NCBI GenBank assembly: GCA_964577155.1
Contig: CAZNYB010000007.1
Coordinates: forward strand, 3,038 to 67,037
Reading direction: 5' to 3'
DNA: 64,000 nucleotides
DNA from: an uncultured Thermomicrobiales bacterium
GTDB taxonomy: Bacteria > Chloroflexota > Chloroflexia > Thermomicrobiales > CFX8
The translations under genes and the position numbers were made by a program. This document shows, piece after piece, positions 28,388 to 38,958 of the stretch. The first letter of the stretch is position 1; every line of letters begins with the position of its first letter. Below the pieces are notes generated by a model, which saw only the letters and a program-made list of their open reading frames with translations, made no database searches and was not told where the DNA came from.

Positions 28388-28984
28388 TTATTTCGTTGTT
28401 TGCTTTCTGAGTTCCTCGGCAATTGCCTGCACTTGCTGAGAAATAGCGGCGAGTTCAGCCGACTGTCGCACGAAGTACGACTGAATTTCGCTGTCACCTG
28501 AGCCTGAAGACTGTCGAATGAGACCGATTTCGCGTTCGAGCTGCGCTACCCGATCTTCAAGATCCAATCCAGCTGGAGCGTTCCCAATTGACTGTTCGCC
28601 TTCGTCTTGATTCATCTCCGAATCGAAATTGAGATCGTCGGAAGCATTCCGTCCCTGTCTCCTCTGCACACGCCTCTGTTGGTTTCTGACGATGGTATTG
28701 ATGGCGATACCGAGAATCCCGATCCCGGTCAGCGCATAGACGATCGTGAACATGCGGGTGGTCGTCGTCGTCGGCGTGAAGTCTCCAAACCCGATGGTGG
28801 TTAGCGCAACTATTGAGAAATAGAGGCTATCGGTAATGCTCCAATCTTCCTGCCAGGTATAGAACACTACTCCAATGAGAATAAGCACCAGCACTGCCAT
28901 AGCAAGGGTGTTGATTTTCGGATGGAAAATTTTATAGATGACGAACAACAGGCCAGCTTTGATTCTCGTTAGAACATATTTCAC
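28388..28984 (-). CDS. Two-TM potassium channel (KcsA-like pore) with C-terminal coiled-coil tail
   Basis: Selectivity filter TTIGFGD between two hydrophobic helices. Start moved to GTG 28984, with AAGGAG 8 nt upstream. Confidence 0.75.
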   Translation of the reverse strand: MKYVLTRIKAGLLFVIYKIFHPKINTLAMAVLVLILIGVVFYTWQEDWSITDSLYFSIVALTTIGFGDFTPTTTTTRMFTIVYALTGIGILGIAINTIVRNQQRRVQRRQGRNASDDLNFDSEMNQDEGEQSIGNAPAGLDLEDRVAQLEREIGLIRQSSGSGDSEIQSYFVRQSAELAAISQQVQAIAEELRKQTTK

Positions 28985-29464
28985 CGTCGATGCTCCTTTT
29001 TGGTGGACCTGCTCTAAAACATCATGCGATTTCCAGGTTAGCACTGTGAAATCAAGTCGATGACACAACGTTCAAGGATCAGATTGAACTAGTCGCTTCT
29101 TGCAATACCGGATGAGTGTCTGTTCACCTTGGGAAAGCATACTCTGGAAGCAATCGCGATCAGGCTTTTCGATCATCTTCGATGATCCTGAACTGTGTTC
29201 ACCCTTCAACTTAACTACCAGCCAACTAACGTCGAACATTCCGGTCAAATTCACGCCTAAATCTGAGCGAATGCCGGTTTCACCATTGAAGTTCGTGCAT
29301 CTGCTCAGTCAGAGCCAGTGCTACGATCACTGTGCCGTGCTCAGGGTTGACTTCGCCGTTGGTTCAAGTGGCTAACGAATAGCTGGCAGGTTGCCTGAGT
29401 TGTCAGAGGCAGAGGAATACGTGACAATGGCTGCTGATCTCAGGTTGATTATCGTTTAGATGAA

Positions 29465-30652
29465 TTGAAGGCTCAGCGCGGCGTGAATGCCACCTCCTCA
29501 ATGTCAGAACTCACACAGGAACCGTCTTCAGCCTCAAACCAGATCCGGGAAGAGAGCGACGACAATCGTTTTCACCGTCTGCTCAGGTTGCTCTTCTGGG
29601 CAGGCATCACCATTGTCATTGGTCTGATTCTTGAGGCTTTCGGCATTGATGTTATTGGCTGGTTAAAAGATGTCTGGTCGTACATTACAGAAATCTCACC
29701 GATATTCATTGTCGTGGGCATCACGTTTAAATCGTTCGAGTCGATGCTGACCTCCGTCAGCTGGTGGAACATCCTCCGTTCTGCATTCCCAAGCCAGGCG
29801 ATACGGTACAAAACAGTCCTTGGCGCATATCAGGGTGGGGTTGGCATCAATCAGATCGCGCCAGCGAAGGCCGGCACCTGGGCGATGTTCGGGCTCTATC
29901 ATCTGTATATTCCCGGTTCACGGTTTGCCACCATTGTTTCGGCCTTTGTCGTTCAGAGCCTGTCCTTTACGTTCTTTGGAGCGCTGATCTGGGTTTTCCT
30001 GTTCTTCTCGCGACAGGAATCCGCAACTTCCCAGTTTGATTTTCTCGATACGATCGAATCGTTTGTAGCTGACTACACCGTGCCAGCCCTGCTAATTGGC
30101 GCTGCGCTTGTGTTTCTAGCCTACTTTATGTTCAAACGGTACCAGTCAAAGCTTGCTGAGCTTCGGGGTCAGCTGGAAGCTGGCGGTCAAATCCTGAAGA
30201 CGCCGAAGTCGTATGTGGTCAAGGCGTTTTTACCGGCGCTGGCAGCCTATATGTGCCGGTGGGTTTATACCGGCGTGTTCATGGCGGCATTCGACATTCC
30301 GGTGACGCTAACGACGATTTTTCTGGTCATCGCCTCGAACTCTGTCGCCAATGCATTTGCTGTCACCCCTGGAGGTGTCGGTGAAACTCAGGCGGCAAAT
30401 GTCGCGGCGCTAAGCGATTACGCTCCCGCAGATGTCGTTACCGCCTATTCGCTGGCCCAGGGCGCCATCATCTCAGCCTGGAATGTCGCGTTTGCAGTCA
30501 TCACAATGTCCTGGGCATTTGGCTGGGGACAAACAAAAGACCTGATAAAAAACCGGAAGCAGATTGCAGCCAATGTCGAGGCTGAAAAGGAAGATGAAGA
30601 AAGTCAGGACCAGGCTTCAGCACCCGATGAACCGAACGAGAACGACACCTAG
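29465..30652 (+). CDS. Flippase-like/UPF0104 (lysyl-phosphatidylglycerol-synthase TM-domain-like) membrane protein
   Basis: About 8 predicted TM helices with an acidic C-terminal tail; the family call is from overall pattern only. Start uncertain (TTG 29465 or ATG 29501). Confidence 0.55.
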   Translation: MKAQRGVNATSSMSELTQEPSSASNQIREESDDNRFHRLLRLLFWAGITIVIGLILEAFGIDVIGWLKDVWSYITEISPIFIVVGITFKSFESMLTSVSWWNILRSAFPSQAIRYKTVLGAYQGGVGINQIAPAKAGTWAMFGLYHLYIPGSRFATIVSAFVVQSLSFTFFGALIWVFLFFSRQESATSQFDFLDTIESFVADYTVPALLIGAALVFLAYFMFKRYQSKLAELRGQLEAGGQILKTPKSYVVKAFLPALAAYMCRWVYTGVFMAAFDIPVTLTTIFLVIASNSVANAFAVTPGGVGETQAANVAALSDYAPADVVTAYSLAQGAIISAWNVAFAVITMSWAFGWGQTKDLIKNRKQIAANVEAEKEDEESQDQASAPDEPNENDT

Positions 30653-30869
30653 CGAATCGTGTGACGCCTCTCCGAAACTCTTCGACTTGCGAGTTTGAAC
30701 CCTTCTGAAATGTAATCTTCAATCTGGCAATCACCTGTGCCAGATACCCTCTGACTTGTCACAACCAGGGTTCTGCAGCATCGATCAGGAAATTCCTGCT
30801 GCCTGAATGCGGTTACAATCGGAAGAAGGAAATTGCTAGTGACAGCCTTTTGCTGAATGGAGTTCGTAC

Positions 30870-31874
30870 ATGCTAAAGCTGGGATACAAAGCGTCCGCCG
30901 AACAGTTTGACCCCAGAACTCTTCTGGAGTTTTCTGTGATCGCGGAAGAAGTAGGGTTTGACTCAGTCATGGTGAGTGATCACTTCCAGCCCTGGCGGCA
31001 CAACGATGGCCACGCGCCATTTTCTCTGGCGTGGCTTGCGGCGCTGGCGGAGCGGACCTCCCGGGTGATGATCGGGACCAGCGTGGCAACGCCAACGTTT
31101 CGCTACCATCCATCAGTCGTTGCTCAGGCGATGGGAACGATTGGCCTGCTTTCGAATGACCGGGCGATGCTCGGCGTCGGAACCGGAGAATCGATGAACG
31201 AAGTGCCAGCGACGGGCATGGAATGGCCCGGCTTCAAAGAGCGATTTGGCCGGCTTCGTGAGGCTTGCGAACTGATGCAGATTCTATGGCGAGAGGATCG
31301 TGTCACCTTTGAAGGTGAGTACTATCAGACCAAAGAAGCCACGATCTATGATAAGCCTGAAAAACCGGTGCCGCTGTACGTCGCGGCCTCTGGTCCGACT
31401 GCATCCAGGCTCGCCGGACGGATCGCCGATGGATTCATTTGCACCAGCGGAAAAGCGCCAGAACTCTACAGTGAAACACTTCTGCCAAATGTCCAGCTTG
31501 GCGCCGAGCGAGCAGAACGGGACTATGATTCGATCGAACACATGATCGAAATGAAAGTCTCATTTGACTCAGATATGGATCGGGCAATGGACGACACCCG
31601 TCACTGGGCTGCGCTTGCCTTAACACCAGAGCAGAAGAGTGGTGTCGAAGATCCAATCGAAATGGAACGGTTGGCCGATGAGTTGCCGGTGGAGCAGGCG
31701 GCGAGTCGCTGGATTGTGTCGACAGACGCGGATGAGCACATCGAACGGATCAAGCCCTATCTGGATCTCGGTTTCACCCATCTCGTGTTTCATGCTCCTG
31801 GTCCCGACCAGGAACGATTCTTGCGGCTCTATTCGCAAGAAGTGTTGCCAAAGCTACGGGAGCAATTTGGCTAA
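30870..31874 (+). CDS. fgd: F420-dependent glucose-6-phosphate dehydrogenase
   Basis: Near-colinear with mycobacterial Fgd1 as I remember it: [68 protein letters not shown]. Confidence 0.9.
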   Translation: MLKLGYKASAEQFDPRTLLEFSVIAEEVGFDSVMVSDHFQPWRHNDGHAPFSLAWLAALAERTSRVMIGTSVATPTFRYHPSVVAQAMGTIGLLSNDRAMLGVGTGESMNEVPATGMEWPGFKERFGRLREACELMQILWREDRVTFEGEYYQTKEATIYDKPEKPVPLYVAASGPTASRLAGRIADGFICTSGKAPELYSETLLPNVQLGAERAERDYDSIEHMIEMKVSFDSDMDRAMDDTRHWAALALTPEQKSGVEDPIEMERLADELPVEQAASRWIVSTDADEHIERIKPYLDLGFTHLVFHAPGPDQERFLRLYSQEVLPKLREQFG

Positions 31875-31942
31875 CTTGCGTGTTTGGAGCCTGGCGGCAG
31901 ATCAGATAGTCAACGATGATTGGTTATGCAAAGGAGTATACA

Positions 31943-32848
31943 ATGTCAGATAACCGCGACGGGATGCTCTGGGGATCGCTGATTGCGGACGCAATCTCGA
32001 TGGGTCCACACTGGGTGTATGACCTTGACCAGCTCAATGAACGATATGGCCGGGTGAGCGGGTACACCGAACCTGATGTGCAGCCCTACCACCACGCGAA
32101 ATCTGCCGGCGATTTCAGCCACCTTGGTGACCAGGAGTACATCCTGCTGGAGTCGATGTCTGCATCGGGAGGCGTGTTTGACCTCGAAGACTTCTCAGCC
32201 AGATGGCAGCAATTCTGGGTCGACAATCCGGAGATTTACGTCGATGCCGCAACGAAAGTCACCAGAAGAAAATATGCTGAAGGTCTGAGCGCAGAAGAGG
32301 CTGGCTCGAATTCGGATGAGCTTGCCGGCGCTGGCCGCATCGCGCCAGTCATCTACTACTGTCAGGATGACCCGGAAGCATTGATGAATGGCATCCACTG
32401 GCAGACGCGGATGACCCACAATAACGGTGAAGTGCTGGATGCGGCGGAATTCTTCGCTTACGCGCTCCTGGACATCCTCGGTGGAGTAGCGCCAGCGGAG
32501 GCGTTAGACAAGGCCGCAAACCGGGAGTACGCTGATCTACCTGCCCGTGACTGGACAGATCGGGGTCTCGCTCTTGCGGAGACCGATTCTGTCACTGCCG
32601 TACAGGAGTTTGGCCAGTCCTGCCCGATTGCCAGATCGTTTCCGTCGGTGATTCAAATCACCGCACGGTATCAGGATGATTACCGCAACGGGGTGATCGA
32701 AAATGTGATGGCCGGAGGAGATTCTGCCGCCCGCGGGTTGTTGATTGGCGCAATGCTTGGCGCATGGAACGGCATCGAGAGCATTCCTGCCGAGTGGATC
32801 GACGGATTGAGCGCTCGAGAAGCTATTGTTTCGATGCTGAACGGGTAG
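31943..32848 (+). CDS. ADP-ribosylglycohydrolase-family protein
   Basis: MLWGSLIADAISMGPHWVYD and MAGGDSAARG. AAGGAG lies 6 nt before ATG 31943. Confidence 0.75.
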   Translation: MSDNRDGMLWGSLIADAISMGPHWVYDLDQLNERYGRVSGYTEPDVQPYHHAKSAGDFSHLGDQEYILLESMSASGGVFDLEDFSARWQQFWVDNPEIYVDAATKVTRRKYAEGLSAEEAGSNSDELAGAGRIAPVIYYCQDDPEALMNGIHWQTRMTHNNGEVLDAAEFFAYALLDILGGVAPAEALDKAANREYADLPARDWTDRGLALAETDSVTAVQEFGQSCPIARSFPSVIQITARYQDDYRNGVIENVMAGGDSAARGLLIGAMLGAWNGIESIPAEWIDGLSAREAIVSMLNG

Positions 32849-32870
32849 GCGGATGATCCCGATCAACCGA

Positions 32871-34901
32871 TCAATTGACTGACCGGACGACCAAGTTGCG
32901 GAATTCGAACTCAGCATCCGAAGAATCCCAGTTGGTGACCTGAATTGCCGCTGAACCGGCATTCCTGCCATCATGTTCGGCGAACCCGAGCAGTTTGCCA
33001 TTGGCATAAAACCAGAACTGATCGCCTTTCGCGATAATTTTCAGGGTGTTCCAGGATTGTGGCGGTTGCGTCTCTGCGCGCTCTTCAGGCGGAAGAAGTT
33101 CGACAATTTGCCAGCCCTGACTCGAACTGTAGAAGTTGTAGCTGGCTGAGGTTTCGCCAGTCGCGGACATGCAAAGTTGATATTCACCCTGATTGGTGTC
33201 GTGTCGCAAGGCGACACAGCCGACGGCGTCGAGTCCCGTCGTGGTTGCACGGAGATCGGCACTGACGCTGATATCAGTCCAGTTGTCGATTGCCGTCCAC
33301 CCTTGCATTGTCTGACCCTCGCTATTGCCATAGACCCCGATGAGCAATGTCGACGTCGCTGGTCGGATCCATCCCTGTGAGAATTCGTCGTTGCGCCACT
33401 GGTTGAGCGCCCGGTCATACTGGATGCCGGCTTCCTGTGGAGCAGCCGGGGCAGGGATTTGGGTCACTGTTGGAGTCGGCGTCGGTTCGCTGGTTCGCGT
33501 AGGAGCTTGCGTTAAGGTCGCTGTTGGCTGCGCATCGGGTGAAGCGGTCGACTGAGCAGTTGAAAATGGAGGAAGTGTCGACTGTGCGCTGGAGTTTCCG
33601 CCAGTTGGGGTTGCCGTTGGCAACGGCGTTGGCGTGCTTGTTGCAGTGGGCGCAGGAGGCGGGAAGGTCCGGGTCGGCCTCGGTTCCATAGTTGGCGACG
33701 CAGTGAACGTTGCATAGATAACGATATTTTCCGGGGTCGTTGGTGTTGGCTTCTCTTCGGAGCTGAACAACTCAACCGCTGTCGTCGCGCCAAATCCAGC
33801 TCCAAGGACGGCTAATAACACCATCAGGCACCCGCCGGTTATCAATCCCATGCGAGTGAGCGACCGCCCTACATCGTCCCTTTCGTTCGTACCAGCAACT
33901 TCGAAGCGTCGCTGTTGCTGTTTTTTCGGAAACAGTTCGACTGTTGAATCAGTGACCGAGTCAGGATCTGCATTGGTTACCACCAGCGATACATATTCCT
34001 GGTCGTGCTGATGTATTGCGGAAGCGAGCTGATTGACGAACGCTGTAGCTGAACGATACCGGTCCTCGGGTTTTCTCGCCATTACCGTCTGGATCACCAG
34101 ACTGACCTGCGGGCTCAGGTCAGGATTTCTTTCGTGTGCAGGAGTCGGCAGTTCGCGAAGATGGGCGTCAAGTGTTTCTTGCACGCTAGCTCGCTGGAAC
34201 GCCGCCGTGCCGGTAAGCAGGTAGTAGGCGACCAGTCCGAGCTGGTAGAGATCCGATGCCGCCGTTGGCTTTTTGCCCTCTATCTGCTCGGGAGATGCCC
34301 AGATCGCTCGTTGCTGGCTGATCGATCCAGTCTCAACGGCGTCAACTGGAATGCCAAACCCGAGAACAAACGGCTGGTCGTCGGAGCGCAGTTGCAGGTT
34401 CTCAGGGCGGATGTCACCGTGGATGATACCCAGCTGGTGTGCGGCGTCCAGGACGGTGGCCACTTGTTCCAGCACCGCGATGGACCGGTCAGTCGACCAG
34501 GAATCGGAGTGCGTCATCGCTGAAAGTTCAGCCGTCTCGATATATTGTGAAACGACGAAGGGTTGACCTTCGATGATGCCAGCATCGTAAACCGTGGCTG
34601 CTCCGGGATTGACCAGCCGGGCTGCGGCTGTGGCTTGTTGAAGAAATCTGTCGCTGGCGGTTGACTCCTCAGCCAGATCCAGGGGCAGGACGTTTAGTCG
34701 GACGATCCTCCCGGATCTGATCTCATTCGCGAGATAGGCGACGTTGCCAGTTTCACGCTTTAATTCTTCGCCAACCTGGTAATTTCCAAATGTTGTGCCG
34801 GTTAACGAATCCACGTCACCTTCCTGAAGTCGTCCAGCGTCTCTGTAGTAAAGAAGACCGACAATGGGATCGAGATACGCCTGGTCGGTGGAGCGATACA
34901 T
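32871..34901 (-). CDS. Membrane-anchored Ser/Thr-kinase-fold protein (predicted pseudokinase) with Pro/Thr-rich linker and C-terminal DUF1080/LamG-like domain
   Basis: Kinase-fold blocks HQLGIIHGDIRPENL and WASPEQ. TM helix MGLITGGCLMVLLAVLGAGFG. The linker is rich in PTPT/TATP. The C-terminal jelly-roll-like domain has WNTLKIIAKGDQFWFYANGKLL. Confidence 0.75.
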   Translation of the reverse strand: MYRSTDQAYLDPIVGLLYYRDAGRLQEGDVDSLTGTTFGNYQVGEELKRETGNVAYLANEIRSGRIVRLNVLPLDLAEESTASDRFLQQATAAARLVNPGAATVYDAGIIEGQPFVVSQYIETAELSAMTHSDSWSTDRSIAVLEQVATVLDAAHQLGIIHGDIRPENLQLRSDDQPFVLGFGIPVDAVETGSISQQRAIWASPEQIEGKKPTAASDLYQLGLVAYYLLTGTAAFQRASVQETLDAHLRELPTPAHERNPDLSPQVSLVIQTVMARKPEDRYRSATAFVNQLASAIHQHDQEYVSLVVTNADPDSVTDSTVELFPKKQQQRRFEVAGTNERDDVGRSLTRMGLITGGCLMVLLAVLGAGFGATTAVELFSSEEKPTPTTPENIVIYATFTASPTMEPRPTRTFPPPAPTATSTPTPLPTATPTGGNSSAQSTLPPFSTAQSTASPDAQPTATLTQAPTRTSEPTPTPTVTQIPAPAAPQEAGIQYDRALNQWRNDEFSQGWIRPATSTLLIGVYGNSEGQTMQGWTAIDNWTDISVSADLRATTTGLDAVGCVALRHDTNQGEYQLCMSATGETSASYNFYSSSQGWQIVELLPPEERAETQPPQSWNTLKIIAKGDQFWFYANGKLLGFAEHDGRNAGSAAIQVTNWDSSDAEFEFRNLVVRSVN

Positions 34902-35018
34902 GCAGCAATGTCATGTGCTCAGCCTCATACACGAACGCTGAGCGATCGAGCGTACGTTCGCACAACTACATTGTATCGTTGTTCACTGTAGAAGACCGGA
35001 TTTGTCGGACTACCTGTT

Positions 35019-36614
35019 TTAGAGGCGTTCGGCAGCGCTCTCATTGGAGGTGGGAATCCACCATTCCCGACCGCGCGGTGTCTCTATGTACTCCGGCCAG
35101 CGGAGATCCACCGGCGGCTCAAAGTCGTCAGAGAGGAGTGGCGCAACCCATTTGTCACCATCGTAGCCGCCGCCGGTCCGCTCATTGAATTCTTCCCAGG
35201 CTAGTCGTAGCTCGCCGGGCTGAGTGATCAGGTCAAGGATGGTTGCCGCGATGGTCTTGCCAGCGACAAACATACCCGGATCTACAGCAGCCGCGACGCC
35301 GCCTAGCGCGTTATACGTCCAGGCGGGATAGGTGTAGTGGCTATCCGGAGCTTGAAGGGTCGGGCGAGCGGTCAGCAGCCGCACGGTCGGCGCATGCCAG
35401 GTGTACTCTACATAATCATCAGAGGTGGAATTGAGCTGCCAGGCCGACAAATTCAGGCGTATTGCGGCTTCGTGGTCGCGAGGGTCGGTGAGCATCTCGT
35501 TGCTGGCAGAGAACGGATTCTCCATTGGAGCGAGGCCAAGACTTTTCTGGATGTTGCGGCCGAACTCACGAGCTTCGTCGGGCATGACCGGAGCGCCAAC
35601 GAGTTGCAGGTTCCTGAAGGTCAGGTCGGACATCTGATTGTTGGCGAGACCGACCCGGGTTTTCGTCACCCAGCGCACTGATACCCGGCAGCCAGTCACT
35701 TCCGCTGCCTGGCGGGCGTTGTTTTCCAGCACGCTGTAAATCTGTTGCTGGATGCCCAGCGTTGGCGATCTCCAGGAGTACTGGATAGCGCTGTACCGTG
35801 GTGGCAGATTGTCAGATGTTGCGTCTCCACCGGCCATAATAAATTCATTGAGCGTCCACGAGCCGGTTCGAGGAAACATTGCCTCTTTCGTGAATTTCGT
35901 ATTCGAGTACATCAGCATCAATGCGTCGATTGCACCCGGGCAGCGCGCTGTCGTGTGTGCGCTGGCGCCGGGCGGCATCAAAGAGGGATCAACCCATTTT
36001 TCAGGCTCCACGCACTCGAATATGAAGACGGCGCTCCAGTAGGAACCGCAATGCGTCTCCCAGACAGCGGTGTTGGTGGCGTGCGGATGGTAGGCAATGT
36101 AGGCGGAAACACCGTCGTAGTAGCCCTTAGCGGCATGTACCGGCTTGGAGCCGCAAACTTTCTCAGCCGGTTCGCCATGAAATCGCAATGAACCAGAGAT
36201 GTCATGCTTTTCCATGACTGCCTTTGCTGCCAGCATCCCGGTTAGGGTGGCTGTCCCGAGCATCGAATGAGGATCGGTGTGCCCGGCTGCCCAGGTATGC
36301 ACCCCTTCACGGGGAGCGCGGCGTGGAACTGCCTGCTGGGAATTTCCTGGCACGGCATCATATTCAGCATAGGAACCGATCACCGGACCGCTAGTGCCCC
36401 AATTCGCGGTAAACGCTGTTGGCATGTCGCCGGATCCCTCTTCGACATCCCAGCCGTCCGCTCGCAGGAGATCTACGTAGGCGGCAGCGGAGCGGTATTC
36501 CCGCCAGGCAGGTTCGTGGTAACTCCAGATTTCCATATCGAAGTCAGAAAGCCGTTGAGCGTTTGATTCGATCCAGTCGAAGGCTTCCTGTTTTTCGGGA
36601 TACATCTCTGCCAT
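35019..36614 (-). CDS. M20D-family amidohydrolase (AbgB-like)
   Basis: Colinear with E. coli AbgB as remembered (N-terminal IWSYHEPAWREYRSAAAYVDLLRADGW, GSYAEYDAVPG, LRFHGEPAEK). Start moved to ATG 36614, 7 nt after the aroF stop. Confidence 0.7.
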   Translation of the reverse strand: MAEMYPEKQEAFDWIESNAQRLSDFDMEIWSYHEPAWREYRSAAAYVDLLRADGWDVEEGSGDMPTAFTANWGTSGPVIGSYAEYDAVPGNSQQAVPRRAPREGVHTWAAGHTDPHSMLGTATLTGMLAAKAVMEKHDISGSLRFHGEPAEKVCGSKPVHAAKGYYDGVSAYIAYHPHATNTAVWETHCGSYWSAVFIFECVEPEKWVDPSLMPPGASAHTTARCPGAIDALMLMYSNTKFTKEAMFPRTGSWTLNEFIMAGGDATSDNLPPRYSAIQYSWRSPTLGIQQQIYSVLENNARQAAEVTGCRVSVRWVTKTRVGLANNQMSDLTFRNLQLVGAPVMPDEAREFGRNIQKSLGLAPMENPFSASNEMLTDPRDHEAAIRLNLSAWQLNSTSDDYVEYTWHAPTVRLLTARPTLQAPDSHYTYPAWTYNALGGVAAAVDPGMFVAGKTIAATILDLITQPGELRLAWEEFNERTGGGYDGDKWVAPLLSDDFEPPVDLRWPEYIETPRGREWWIPTSNESAAERL

Positions 36615-36621
36615 TTGCGAC

Positions 36622-37668
36622 TCAACTCCCTGAAATAGCCGGTTCCTGAGCGCCAATTGTCCGGCCAACTGCCGCCGCCACCCCACGTAGCTGCGGCATC
36701 AAACTTGCAAAGTTTTCGAATGTCAGCGATTGCCCGCCATCGGAAAGCGCGTGGTCCGGGTTCGGATGTACTTCGATCATCAGCCCGTCTGCCCCGGCAG
36801 CAACGGCAGCCATCGCCATCGCCGGGATGAGTCGCCATTTCCCGGTCCCGTGGCTCGGGTCGGCGAATATTGGCAGATGGCTAAGCCGTTTGATGACCGG
36901 GACGGCCGTCAGGTCGAAGGTATTTCTGGTGTAGGACTCGAAAGTCCGGATGCCTCGCTCACAGAAGATCACGTTCGGATTGCCCTGCGCCAGGATGTAT
37001 TCCGCCAGCAGCAGCCATTCTTCGTACTGGACGCTCATGCCGCGTTTGAGGAACGCGGGTTTCCCCGATTGTCCAACCTCTTCAAGAAGCTGGTAGTTCT
37101 GGCAGTTGCGTGCGCCGATCTGGAAAATATCGGTATATCGGCCGACGAGTTCGACATCTTGCGGTGTCATCACTTCGGTGATTACTGCCAGACCAGTGGC
37201 TTCACGGGCTTGAGCCAGGATCTTGAGTCCATCTTCTTTCATCCCGCGGAATTCATACGGAGATGTTCGCGGTTTGAAGGCGCCGCCACGTAAGATGGTT
37301 GCTCCGGCATCAGCCACGGCACGTGCGGTTTTCATCACCATCTCTTCGGACTCAACCGAACACGGTCCGGCAATGACCGAGATGTTTTCACCGCCAATGA
37401 TATGGTCGCCGACCTGAATGGTCGTCGGCTCAGGATGAAATTCACGGCTTGCGAGTTTGTACCGCTTGGTCACCCGGTAGACGCTTTCGACCTGGTCCAT
37501 CGCCATGAGCGAACTTCGGAGGTGTTCGGGGATTGGCAAACCGACGACGCCGATAATCGCTGATTCTTCGCCGATTGAAAGGTGGACATCGAGATTTTCT
37601 TCTCTAACCCGTGCGGTTACTTTCTCGATGTCTTCGTCGGTGAAACCTTGTCTCATGATGATAATCAC
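36622..37668 (-). CDS. aroF: 3-deoxy-7-phosphoheptulonate (DAHP) synthase, type I-beta with N-terminal ferredoxin-like regulatory domain
   Basis: [27 protein letters not shown] and an N-terminal extension of about 75 aa ([17 protein letters not shown]). Confidence 0.9.
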   Translation of the reverse strand: MIIIMRQGFTDEDIEKVTARVREENLDVHLSIGEESAIIGVVGLPIPEHLRSSLMAMDQVESVYRVTKRYKLASREFHPEPTTIQVGDHIIGGENISVIAGPCSVESEEMVMKTARAVADAGATILRGGAFKPRTSPYEFRGMKEDGLKILAQAREATGLAVITEVMTPQDVELVGRYTDIFQIGARNCQNYQLLEEVGQSGKPAFLKRGMSVQYEEWLLLAEYILAQGNPNVIFCERGIRTFESYTRNTFDLTAVPVIKRLSHLPIFADPSHGTGKWRLIPAMAMAAVAAGADGLMIEVHPNPDHALSDGGQSLTFENFASLMPQLRGVAAAVGRTIGAQEPAISGS

Positions 37669-37702
37669 TGGTGTTTCCTCCTCCAGGTTGCCGAAAAGTG
37701 CT

Positions 37703-38089
37703 TTAGTCCGTGGCTTGTACTGGTTCGCGTCCCCATTCTGGTCGGAGTTGGGTCGCTCGTTTCAGATAGACGTGCTGGATGTCGGCGGCGCTTTTTTCTG
37801 TGTTGATATGAACCAGCGCCCGGATAACCATATCGAGTGACCCGGGCACATTCATCTCGTGAGCGCACATGAGCGGCACATCGTCGAGACCTTGCTCGCG
37901 TATTGCCGTAGCGGGAAAAGTAGCGTTGAGATCTTGCGTGGTTGTAAAAAATATGCTGACGATGTCCTCTTGCTGCAAATCATTAAGTCTGATGAGGGTA
38001 TCTATCATCTCAGCAGTGGCTTCTGAGATATCTTCAGCTGTATTTGATGCTGATGTCGTAGCACCACGGATAGCCCGGCACACCTTCAT
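37703..38089 (-). CDS. aroH: Chorismate mutase, AroH class
   Basis: AIRGATT and [12 protein letters not shown]; about 125 aa. Confidence 0.85.
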   Translation of the reverse strand: MKVCRAIRGATTSASNTAEDISEATAEMIDTLIRLNDLQQEDIVSIFFTTTQDLNATFPATAIREQGLDDVPLMCAHEMNVPGSLDMVIRALVHINTEKSAADIQHVYLKRATQLRPEWGREPVQATD

Positions 38090-38136
38090 AACAGGTAGAC
38101 AGTCCTTACTTCATTACCGGGAGTGTACCGGTCTGG

Positions 38137-38958
38137 TTAGTCGCCACGCATCATTCTGATAAACTCACCGGCTTTCTCTGGCACCTGATCGGATGGAACA
38201 TCCTCCAGATAATCAAAGAGCGCGCTGGCAAAGATTACGCCATCCGCCAACTGCTCTGCTGCCAGAACGTGCTTGCGCGTGGAAATGCCAAAACCGATTG
38301 CCAACGGTAGACTGGTGTACCCCCGCACCCATTCGACGTATCTGGCCAATCCGGGTTGCAGTTCGTTTCGCGCTCCAGTGACGCCAGTAAGGGCAACCAC
38401 GTAGATGAACCCGTTCGCGCGCTCCAGTACCGCCTGTGCGCGGTCGGGCGTGCTGGTCGGGGCGATGAGATAGATGAGATGAACACCCTGATTGATGCAA
38501 TAGCCGAGTAACTCATCACTTTCCTCTGGCGGCAGGTCGGGGATGATCAGACCATCCACACCAACTTCCGAGCACGTTTTCACAAACTCTTCGACTCCAT
38601 AGGCCAGAATCGGGTTGTAGTATCCCATGAAGAGTAACGGGGCTTCAACGTGCTTCTCGGTTCGCAACCGGTGGACGATATCAAAACCAATGCTGGTGGT
38701 GGCGCCATTTTCGAGAGCTTTCTGGCTCACGCGCTGAACGGTAGGACCGTCGGCGATTGGATCGCTGAACGGAATGCCAAGCTCGATCAGATCAGCGCCA
38801 GCATCGATCATGGCAGGAACCATGCGCTCCGTGTCGCCCATCCTTGGGAAGCAAATGGTGGTGAACGGCATGAAAACAGTGCGGTTCCCGGCTTTGGCTT
38901 CCTCAAACAACCGGGTAACCCGGGTATCGGTCAGAGAGGCAGGAATTGTCTTGCTCAT
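38137..38958 (-). CDS. trpA: Tryptophan synthase alpha chain
   Basis: [21 protein letters not shown] overlap with trpB. Confidence 0.95.
   Translation of the reverse strand: MSKTIPASLTDTRVTRLFEEAKAGNRTVFMPFTTICFPRMGDTERMVPAMIDAGADLIELGIPFSDPIADGPTVQRVSQKALENGATTSIGFDIVHRLRTEKHVEAPLLFMGYYNPILAYGVEEFVKTCSEVGVDGLIIPDLPPEESDELLGYCINQGVHLIYLIAPTSTPDRAQAVLERANGFIYVVALTGVTGARNELQPGLARYVEWVRGYTSLPLAIGFGISTRKHVLAAEQLADGVIFASALFDYLEDVPSDQVPEKAGEFIRMMRGD

Noticed and set aside
28985-29464. A stretch of about 480 bp without a convincing gene between the K+ channel and the flippase-like gene. It contains small ORFs (29072..29254 minus, 29100..29375 plus) and a 7-bp hairpin GATCATC-TTC-GATGATC.
   Set aside because: Neither small ORF has an RBS or a recognisable motif, and the hairpin is within chance expectation. 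It is most simply a divergent promoter region.
33400-33800. Repetitive Pro/Thr-encoding DNA; considered as a possible tandem repeat or array.
   Set aside because: It is in frame within the kinase-fold gene and encodes a low-complexity PT linker. There is no fixed repeat unit or spacer structure. A similar acidic/PT linker at 60700-60900 lies inside the GH gene.
34925-34970. Imperfect hairpin CGAACGCT…AGCGTACGTTCG downstream of the M20D gene; considered as a possible operon terminator.
   Set aside because: The stem is interrupted, no U-tract follows on the minus strand, and the structure is weak compared with the clear terminators at 45119-45148 and 53534-53564.
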